The position numbers were made by a program, and so were the translations under genes. A stretch of 30,661 bases of DNA from a virus. Taxonomy: Duplodnaviria; Caudoviricetes. Of the stretch, positions 1 through 6,573 are shown one piece after another; within the stretch, counting starts at the first letter, position 1, and each line of letters opens with the position of its first letter. The stretch covers positions 1-30,661 of the IMG/VR virus record IMGVR_UViG_3300004369_000087, one strand, 5' to 3'. The notes under the pieces are model-generated. The model had not been told where the DNA came from and made no database searches. It saw nothing but the letters and a program-made list of their open reading frames with translations.

Positions 1-2
1 TT

Positions 3-214
3 CCCTGCATACAAGCGGTTTTTCAGGGGGGACGAATGTCACTCTACAGCAGCGAACATACATGTAACTTACACTTACACTGTAAAACTTCCTGCATATG
101 CCCACTTTTTCAGGGACTACACAAGCATGTAACTTACGTTGTAAGTGAAGTGTAATTCGCTCACTGCCCCGGTGTAACTTACAGTGTAAATCGCAGCCGG
201 ATTGTAGTGTAACT
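3..214. repeat. Cluster of short direct and palindromic repeats (possible origin, packaging/terminus or operator region)
   Basis: TGTAACTTAC at 63-72, 128-137, 173-182; TTAC-N3-GTAA at 75-85, 134-144, 179-189; CCTGCATA-N7-TTTTTCAGGG at 4-28 and 91-115. Confidence 0.75.
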
Positions 215-348
215 CCGGTGGTCACACGCGGGTGCTTATAGATATTCCACCTATTTCTCAGAACAAGCGACCACATGAGGTGGTTGCATTGGTTCTTTTG
301 TGCTATAGGTATAGCCACACTGCTCGTTGGAGAGGGGGGCTAGTGGAT

Positions 349-510
349 ATGGACAAGGCAGAGAAGATTCAGCGTGTTCTCAATGACCAGCAGTCTGTGA
401 CTCTGGTGGAGGCTGTTGAACTCCGTGTTGAGGCGCTTCGCCTTGGTATTGAGTGTGAGGTTGCCGAGAGTCCTGTGTGGGGCGACTTCACCCTTATTCC
501 AAAGCCGTAA
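349..510 (+). CDS. Small hypothetical protein (53 aa, MDKAEKIQRV...)
   Basis: Purine-rich RBS GGAGAGGGGGG at 329-339 precedes in-frame GTG343/ATG349; shorter than the 232..510 ORF call. Confidence 0.6.
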   Translation: MDKAEKIQRVLNDQQSVTLVEAVELRVEALRLGIECEVAESPVWGDFTLIPKP

Positions 511-534
511 AGCATCTATATCTGACGTTGATTG

Positions 535-950
535 AGGGCCAACGGCTGACCCGGAGGCAGACCATCCCCTAATACGAGGGAATGGCTCTGACGCCGACAG
601 TTGGGTTTCCGTGTGCCCATCGGCAGTCTCTGGTTGTGGGTACGCGCTCAGGTCCGGCTTTACCGCGTGCTGTATCCAACAGACTCAACCAGCCATCCTC
701 GCCTTGCGGCGACCGGGACGGTGTTCTTTTCTTCTGAGGAAAGTGAGTCCCCGTCTAACGGCTCTGCGAGCGAAGATGAATCGCCCGAACGGCTTCCCTG
801 CTATCTGGGGTGGGGATGCCACCGCTTTTCCTCGCGGAGCATAACAGAACTGGAGAGGTGGGGGCCACCATCCCCCAGATAGATGGTGACCCCCTGCGGC
901 GCTCAAAAGCACTTGTCGAACCCGGAAGACAAGAGCGAGCGACCTGCGGT
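535..950. ncRNA. Candidate large structured non-coding RNA (or structured DNA element), family unknown
   Basis: Nested helices: 558-570/577-590, 539-543/600-604, 630-636/686-692, 637-643/672-678, 698-702/766-770, 717-721/751-755, 801-810/873-882 (perfect 10 bp), 819-823/857-861, 900-904/937-941, 912-917/928-933; no convincing ORF in an otherwise gene-dense genome. Confidence 0.5.
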
Positions 951-984
951 GGACTTATACCATATGGGACGCCGGGCAACATAG

Positions 985-996
985 TATGATGTATGT
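985..996 (+). promoter_or_regulatory. Possible -10 box for a leaderless HNH transcript
   Basis: TATGAT at 985-990, 6 nt before GTG997; no RBS upstream of the GTG. Confidence 0.3.
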
Positions 997-1293
997 GTGG
1001 GGCGGAATTGGAAGAAGGCCCGCGAGAAGGTTGACCTAGAGGGCGAATGCCGGGTGTGTGGCTCCAACTATATGGTTGAGGCCGCGCACTCCTCATACGT
1101 CCGCTTTGACGACAACATCGTGGACCCGGAGAGGATTGTCCCGCTCTGTAAGCAGTGCCATATGAAGTACGACTCCCATGAACTGGACATACTCGCCTAT
1201 CTCTCGTATGAGGAGCAGGCGATTGTCGTCAGAGACTTGGGGATTGTTCGGGCGTATAAGCGCCTGACTGGTGAATCAATCTTGGAGAATTAA
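997..1293 (+). CDS. Small Zn-binding HNH-type endonuclease
   Basis: CRVC...EAAH...LCKQCHMKYD pattern typical of phage HNH proteins. Confidence 0.8.
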   Translation: MGRNWKKAREKVDLEGECRVCGSNYMVEAAHSSYVRFDDNIVDPERIVPLCKQCHMKYDSHELDILAYLSYEEQAIVVRDLGIVRAYKRLTGESILEN

Positions 1294-1294
1294 G

Positions 1295-1669
1295 TTGTCT
1301 GACCTTAATCGTGTTTCCCTGACCGGTCGTCTTACCGGTAAGCCCGAAGAGCGTCGCACCAACAGTGGTGACGCTCTTGCCACCTTCCGTCTTGCGGTCA
1401 ACAGCCGCAGCAAGGGAGAGAAGACTGCATTCTTTTTTGACGTCGCCGCATTCGGCAAGGTTGGTGAACTCGTTATCCAGTATCTGGACAAGGGTTCCCG
1501 TGTTGCTATTGATGGGCGTCTGAACTGGAAGGAGTGGGAGTCCAAGGATGGCGGCAAGCGTCAGGCGGTTAACGTCATCGCCAACGAGGTCTACTTCCTT
1601 GACCCCAAGAAGCAGGAGTCAGAGCAGCAGCGCATTCAGGAGCCTGCTGATGATGACATTCCTTTCTAG
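1295..1669 (+). CDS. ssb: Single-stranded DNA-binding protein
   Basis: LNRVSLTGRL...FRLAVN...FFDV...YLDKGSRVAIDGRL OB-fold motifs and acidic tail DDDIPF; TTG1295 start with GGAG at 1284-1287. Confidence 0.96.
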   Translation: MSDLNRVSLTGRLTGKPEERRTNSGDALATFRLAVNSRSKGEKTAFFFDVAAFGKVGELVIQYLDKGSRVAIDGRLNWKEWESKDGGKRQAVNVIANEVYFLDPKKQESEQQRIQEPADDDIPF

Positions 1670-1797
1670 TGTCTGATTCCCCAGAGAAGACGACCTGCCC
1701 CCGCTGCGGATGGAGTGCCCAGATGGGACCCATTTGTGGCGGGTGTGGGTGGTCCGTAGACCAGAGCAGCGAGGAAGCAAAACATGGAAGGGACTGA
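1669..1797 (+). CDS. Small zinc-ribbon protein (42 aa), not in ORF track
   Basis: GTG overlaps the ssb TAG; translates MSDSPEKTTCPRCGWSAQMGPICGGCGWSVDQSSEEAKHGRD with two CxxC pairs. Confidence 0.65.
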   Translation: MSDSPEKTTCPRCGWSAQMGPICGGCGWSVDQSSEEAKHGRD

Positions 1798-1850
1798 CCG
1801 CCTACAGGAAATCCGCGCACGGCTGGACGCGGCGAAGTTGGTGTCTTGAA

Positions 1851-2120
1851 GTGTATGACGAGTTGGCGTGGAGGCGTCTTGCACGCTACCGCGATAGATT
1901 TGTTGCCCTTCACGACTCCTCAGATGTCGGCGGTATGGCTGACCTTGCAGCAGAGTTGATTGAGTGTCTTGACGAGTCCCTGTCGCGTCTTTCTCTGATT
2001 GAGGTTTCCGAGAAGAAAAAGCCAGACAGCCTTGAGGCTCGTCTTGACAGGGTCGAAGCGGCAATTGATTCAATGCACAGAAAGCCCACGAAGGGCGTCT
2101 TTACGCGGAGGAAGCGATGA
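1851..2120 (+). CDS. Hypothetical helical/coiled-coil protein
   Basis: 3' part of ORF 1710..2120; GTG1851 (MYDELAWRRL...) is a more plausible start; ATGA overlap with next gene. Confidence 0.55.
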   Translation: MYDELAWRRLARYRDRFVALHDSSDVGGMADLAAELIECLDESLSRLSLIEVSEKKKPDSLEARLDRVEAAIDSMHRKPTKGVFTRRKR

Positions 2121-3007
2121 ACCAGCAGGAGTGGCTTAGGTTTCGCGAGGGCTTTTCTGAGCAGCGCGGTGCTGTGCATGACGACAGGAACCACCGCTAT
2201 GCCCACGATGATGACGTCCTCGCCAACTTTAAGAGGAATGCGTATGGGCGCTTGCACCCCCTTGAGGTTTGGCGCACATACGCCGGTAAGCACTGGGACG
2301 CGATTTGTTCAATCGTTGATGATTTGGCGAACGGTAAGACCGTGACCCCGTCGCTTGGCGAGAAGGACATCCTTGGCTCTTTCTACGACCTTGCCAACTA
2401 CGTTGAGTTTGGCGCAGCGCTTGTTTCTGAGCGCTCAGAAGCGCCTGTATATGAAACAAAGCGCCACGAGTTGCCGCTTATCATCGTTGACCTTGATGAC
2501 ACCCTCTGGGACTTCGTTGGTGAGTGCTGTTCACTTGTCGAAGGCGGCATCCCTGAGCCTTATCTGTACGAGTGGGGTGGCATCTACAAGTACCTTGGAG
2601 AGCGGACGACTGAGGTCATGGAGACTGCTGCTGACCGTATGTCGTTCGCTGAGCCGTTCCCCGGCGCGGCAGATGCGCTCAACACCCTATTTGATAGTTA
2701 CCGTATCGGTATCGTTACATCACGCTATAGCGGAACTCTCAACAGGATTAGGGGTTGGCTTCACGATAACCTCATACCTTCGGACTTCGTTTTGACCGGG
2801 CAGAAGCACAAGGGCGAGGTTGCGCGGGGGATGGACGCATACGTCATTATTGACGACAACCTTGAGACCCTTCGTGACGCGGTTGACCGCGAGATTGGTG
2901 CAGCCTGCCTTGCGCGTAAGTGGAATATTGACGCCGAAGATGATGACCGCATCAACCGGTTCTCGTGTTGGGAAGATATTCTTCACTGGCTTTCTGCGGA
3001 GCACTAA
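2117..3007 (+). CDS. Fusion of a DUF1599/Nmad1-like helical domain and a HAD-superfamily 5'(3')-deoxyribonucleotidase (NT5C-like)
   Basis: N-terminal YA..DVLANFKR...KH......DLANY; C-terminal HAD motifs IVDLDDT, IVTSR, K, IIDDN, and P.PGA..AL and WN motifs of NT5C-like proteins. Confidence 0.75.
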   Translation: MNQQEWLRFREGFSEQRGAVHDDRNHRYAHDDDVLANFKRNAYGRLHPLEVWRTYAGKHWDAICSIVDDLANGKTVTPSLGEKDILGSFYDLANYVEFGAALVSERSEAPVYETKRHELPLIIVDLDDTLWDFVGECCSLVEGGIPEPYLYEWGGIYKYLGERTTEVMETAADRMSFAEPFPGAADALNTLFDSYRIGIVTSRYSGTLNRIRGWLHDNLIPSDFVLTGQKHKGEVARGMDAYVIIDDNLETLRDAVDREIGAACLARKWNIDAEDDDRINRFSCWEDILHWLSAEH

Positions 3008-3504
3008 TGGCCAAGAAGGAAAAAATCCGCACATGCGCAACCTGCGGTATTGCCGTCAGGACGCGCTCTGGGGCTGATGGTGAGGACTGGTACTGCAAAG
3101 ACCATCGTGTCTGTGTGACCCCTTCCTGCAACTCAATCACCCATACCCTCAACAGCATGTGCCGCGCCTGTCATATCAAGACACGCCCGTCAACCGCTTA
3201 TGGGAAGCAGAGGATTGTCAGGAAGAAGTGCGAGTTCTGTTCCGCAGAGAATAAGTGGAACGAGCACTACTACTTGACGCACAAGAATAGCCTTGTGTGC
3301 TGTGTGTGCAGGAAGTACGTAAGCCGCGAGATTGAATCTCACCAAAAAAGTGTAAGAGCGAAGAACATCAGACGTTGTTCGTGGTGCTCGTCGCGTCTTT
3401 CTGCTTACAATAGTGGCAAGATATGCAACGCTTGCTGGACAGGCGCATCAATGCAAACCCGGTCCAGTAGTAAATGGTCAAGCGAATCAAGGATTCCCGT
3501 ATGA
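3007..3504 (+). CDS. Cys-rich multi-zinc-finger protein
   Basis: TAATG coupling at 3005-3009; CATC, CRAC, CEFC, CCVC, CSWC, CNAC pairs. Confidence 0.7.
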   Translation: MAKKEKIRTCATCGIAVRTRSGADGEDWYCKDHRVCVTPSCNSITHTLNSMCRACHIKTRPSTAYGKQRIVRKKCEFCSAENKWNEHYYLTHKNSLVCCVCRKYVSREIESHQKSVRAKNIRRCSWCSSRLSAYNSGKICNACWTGASMQTRSSSKWSSESRIPV

Positions 3505-4253
3505 CGCCCGGCCAGAGGGTCGTAAACATTGCTTCTAAGTACGTTGGCGTGAAGGAGACCCCAATGGGGTCGAATCAGTCAACTCAGATCAATAAGTGGA
3601 GCGCTCACTGGGGGATGAAGGCTGTCCCTTGGTGTGGAACATTTGTGAGCGGCGTTCTGCGTGAGGCTCGCGTAACGGATGTCTCTCATCCTTCCACCTA
3701 CATGATTTGCAAGCGTGCCGCTGAGAGGGGCTGGAACACAGCCCCGATGGTTGGCAGCCTGATTGTGTGGTGCGGAACCCACGTCGGAATCCTCGTTGAG
3801 GAACTTTCCCCGGGTATTTGGCGCACTATTGAGGGTAACACTAGCAATATGGTTGCCTACCGTACCCGCTCCATCAAGGGTGCAACTATTGTGACCTCGC
3901 CTGAGGTTGCCAAGAAGCCGACTGTATCTTCTGGTGGACGCGCCTTCTACCTTGAGGACACTGCTGCGCGTGAGACGGTTTATGGCCCGTGGCGTAACAA
4001 GCGAAGCCGCGACGTTATGTACGAGAGGCTGAAGTCTCGTAACCCGGACAAGTTGGTGCGCAAGGTTCGCATCAAGGGCAAGTACGCCGTTGCTGTTGGT
4101 GATAGGCGCGTGTTTGGCCCGTGGGAGGCGCAGGATATGCGCGACAAGGCAAAGAAGTTGCTTGAGGGGAATATCGGTCGTCGCCTTCGCCCGTTTTCTC
4201 GCAAGAAGAAGGTGTCAACCGCAAAGGCCGAAGACCTCGGCCAGACTCAGTAA
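3501..4253 (+). CDS. Endolysin: CHAP-type amidase/peptidase with C-terminal SPOR-like repeats
   Basis: VGVKE..GSN...PWCGTFVS...HVGI...TIEGNT CHAP motifs; two (Y/F)GPW....RD repeats; ATGA overlap; directly upstream of holin. Confidence 0.85.
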   Translation: MTPGQRVVNIASKYVGVKETPMGSNQSTQINKWSAHWGMKAVPWCGTFVSGVLREARVTDVSHPSTYMICKRAAERGWNTAPMVGSLIVWCGTHVGILVEELSPGIWRTIEGNTSNMVAYRTRSIKGATIVTSPEVAKKPTVSSGGRAFYLEDTAARETVYGPWRNKRSRDVMYERLKSRNPDKLVRKVRIKGKYAVAVGDRRVFGPWEAQDMRDKAKKLLEGNIGRRLRPFSRKKKVSTAKAEDLGQTQ

Positions 4254-4266
4254 GGAGTAGAAACCC

Positions 4267-4506
4267 GTGATTCATCCCAAGGTTTCTGCCGCAGCGTTTG
4301 CCGGTGCTCTTGTCACCGTCGTGCTGGGGCTTATTGCTGCATTCGGCGTCGTTTGGGAGCCTGACCCCGCATGGGTCGCTGCGCTTACTACGCTGGTTGC
4401 GATTTTCGCCGGGTGGCTTGTTCCGTCGAAGTTCGTCCACCCTGATGATGATGAGTATTTGATTGACGAGGCTCCCGACGAGCCTACGGACACTCCTCCG
4501 GAGTGA
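4267..4506 (+). CDS. Holin (two transmembrane segments, acidic tail)
   Basis: PKVSAAAFAGALVTVVLGLI and AWVAALTTLVAIFAGWLVP hydrophobic helices; AAGGAG RBS; follows endolysin. Confidence 0.82.
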   Translation: MIHPKVSAAAFAGALVTVVLGLIAAFGVVWEPDPAWVAALTTLVAIFAGWLVPSKFVHPDDDEYLIDEAPDEPTDTPPE

Positions 4507-4509
4507 TTT

Positions 4510-4539
4510 GAAGGGGCGCTATATGCGCCCCTTCTTATT
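4510..4539 (+). terminator. Rho-independent terminator after lysis cassette
   Basis: GAAGGGGCGC-TATAT-GCGCCCCTTC 10-bp stem followed by TTATT. Confidence 0.75.
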
Positions 4540-4585
4540 GGCCGACTCTTCGTGCATCATTCCAGTGTCGTCTACAGGAGGGGTT

Positions 4586-4912
4586 ATGCCGTATCACGCG
4601 GGAAGCGCTTCGGGCAAGAAGGGTAAGCCCAAGTACCACAAGATGCCGGATGGCACCATGATGAAGGGCGCAAAGCACGCCAAGGAGAGCATGGACAAGA
4701 AGCCACCGCTTGGTACTGGTGAGCGTTTTGCGATGCTCGTTTCTCAGATGAAGAAGCGCGGTATGGATGATGACCGTGCAAAGGCGATTGCCGCTGCGAT
4801 TGGCCGCAAGAAGTACGGCAAGTCGAAGTTCCAGAAGATGGCTGCCAAGGGTCGTAAGAAGAAGATGTCTGAGTCGGCTTACGGCGATATGTATATCCCG
4901 AAGCATCGGTGA
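4586..4912 (+). CDS. Small highly basic protein (probable internal virion/DNA-binding protein)
   Basis: AGGAGG RBS before ATG4586; K/R-rich; two sub-modules (HKMPDGTMMKGAKH; KPPLGTGERF...AAAIGRKKYGK..FQKMAAKG) separated by AKES. Confidence 0.75.
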   Translation: MPYHAGSASGKKGKPKYHKMPDGTMMKGAKHAKESMDKKPPLGTGERFAMLVSQMKKRGMDDDRAKAIAAAIGRKKYGKSKFQKMAAKGRKKKMSESAYGDMYIPKHR

Positions 4913-6573
4913 CGATTCCAAAGCGTTACCTGTCCGGTCTTTCACCAGAAGAGAGAAAGAAGCGGATAGACGAGGTTAAGAGGGGCCGCAAGACTTCTAC
5001 GTCTGATAAGTCGGCCTACTCTCCCTCGCGCTTCAAGACGGACGAGGGCAAGAAGACAAAGCCCTCTAAGTACACCCAACGTGGCAAGAAGTTGCTCGCC
5101 AACTCAAACGCAAAGACGTTGGATGCAAAACTTGCTGTCCTTTCTAAGAAGACTGGGTATAGCGTTGGGACTCTCCGTCAGGTCTACAACCGTGGTCTTG
5201 CTGCGTGGAGGACTGGCCACAGGCCCGGAGCGACACAGCACGCATGGGCGATGGCCCGCGTATATTCGTTTGTCACTGGCGGGAAGACTGCACAGACCGC
5301 AGATAAGGACTTGAAGCAGCGTGCAATGAAGGAGGCTGTTGCCTTCAAGCGCGGAGTCCGTCTTGCTAAGTCTGCGTTTGGCGCAGCCTCTGGCGCGGCT
5401 TCTTTTGACACGGTTATGCGCAAGGGCCAGTCGGTCAGGGTGAAGCGTGACCTTGGCGGTGAGGGCGGTGGGCAGTTCGTAAGTTTTCAGGCGACACAGG
5501 CTGAAAACCTTAAGAAGTCTGTTGTTGTCGGTCGGCGCGTGGCGCGTATGCGTGGTCGCTCCGCACCGGAGACTCCCGACTACCGGATAAGCACACAGAG
5601 CCGCGTCCCAAGCCCAGAAGAGTTGATGGACCAGTTGCGGGACGGCATGAAGGCTTCTCGCGACACGCAGTCCCAGAGAGATAGCACTCCGCTTTGGAAG
5701 AGTTCGTCAGACCTTGGCGGGGGACCGGGTTTTTATTCGTGGGATGACGATGAAGACTGGGACGAAGATGACATCGTCAAGCAGGGAATCGAAAGGATTT
5801 CCGCAGAGAACACCAAGTCTGGCCTACCCGGTCCGCAGCAGGAGAGGGCGGTCCAGAGGGTTGGGCAGATTGCCCGCTACACGCTTAGCGGCTATACGAA
5901 CATCAACAAAGAGGAAGAGCGTCTAGTAAACGGAAGGCAGGAAGAAGAATCAAAGATGCACTCACAGTTTCGTGACGCATTTGAGTCTCTTTCTGTTGAG
6001 GTTCCGTTTGACCATGCCGTTTTTCGTGGCGGTGGCTCTGGATGGACAGAAGCAGTTTTGAATCGCGAGCGTGGCAGATTCAGAATTGAGTCTCTTGACG
6101 ATTTCAGGGATATGGTCGGTGAGACGTTCAGGACAGACTCTTTTATCTCAACCAGTCGTGCCCCGTGGGTTGCAGCAGGAAGCGCGTTTCAATATCCGCG
6201 CACGATTTCTGTGCCCGGGAGCGATGAAAACATTGAAGTGAATTTCATTTTCAGGATGAGCAGAAAGTCTGGCTCTCGTGGGCTGTTTGTTGAAGAGATA
6301 TCTCAAACGCCCGGTGAGTACGAGGTTGTCCTTCCGTCTCAGGAGAAGTACGTTGTTCGTGGGTTCACGCTCGCCGGGAACCACCCAGCGCTTCTTGACG
6401 AAGACGATGGCGAACCATACAACTTTGAGAAAATCTTCGGTATTACTGACGAGTACAAAGACATTTTTAATATTGACGACCAGATTGAACTTGAGGACCC
6501 AAAGGACCTAGCAGATGGTGGCGGAAGGCGGGATATGAGGCCGCTAATCATTATTGAGGTGGAGCAGATTTGA
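4909..6573 (+). CDS. Multidomain protein: DUF5824-like N-terminus + shared GGGQF module + C-terminal ADP-ribosyltransferase (VIP2/C3/Alt-like)
   Basis: VYNRGLAAWRTGHRPGA..WAMARVYSF N-domain; ART motifs YT...Y..IN, VFRG (R at 6025), ISTS (6148-6156), EYE (6316-6324). Confidence 0.82.
   Translation: MTIPKRYLSGLSPEERKKRIDEVKRGRKTSTSDKSAYSPSRFKTDEGKKTKPSKYTQRGKKLLANSNAKTLDAKLAVLSKKTGYSVGTLRQVYNRGLAAWRTGHRPGATQHAWAMARVYSFVTGGKTAQTADKDLKQRAMKEAVAFKRGVRLAKSAFGAASGAASFDTVMRKGQSVRVKRDLGGEGGGQFVSFQATQAENLKKSVVVGRRVARMRGRSAPETPDYRISTQSRVPSPEELMDQLRDGMKASRDTQSQRDSTPLWKSSSDLGGGPGFYSWDDDEDWDEDDIVKQGIERISAENTKSGLPGPQQERAVQRVGQIARYTLSGYTNINKEEERLVNGRQEEESKMHSQFRDAFESLSVEVPFDHAVFRGGGSGWTEAVLNRERGRFRIESLDDFRDMVGETFRTDSFISTSRAPWVAAGSAFQYPRTISVPGSDENIEVNFIFRMSRKSGSRGLFVEEISQTPGEYEVVLPSQEKYVVRGFTLAGNHPALLDEDDGEPYNFEKIFGITDEYKDIFNIDDQIELEDPKDLADGGGRRDMRPLIIIEVEQI

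Noticed and set aside
1-230. CRISPR array
   Set aside because: Repeats are only 10-25 bp, irregularly spaced and interleaved; no cas genes
734-790. CTGAGGA matching the hammerhead CUGANGA core
   Set aside because: No stem II followed by GAAA and no compatible stem I/III arrangement found
601-1096. ORFs 601..882, 611..844, 685..912 and 755..1096
   Set aside because: Mutually overlapping, no RBS, atypical composition; the region is better explained as structured non-coding sequence
535-1293. HEARO/IscB (OMEGA) element or group I intron assignment
   Set aside because: The HNH protein is only 98 aa with no PLMP or RuvC motifs; no interrupted host gene or recognisable intron core seen; kept only as an unassigned structured-RNA candidate
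1710-1850. 5' part of ORF 1710..2120
   Set aside because: Overlaps two better-supported coupled micro-ORFs and lacks an RBS; start reassigned to 1851
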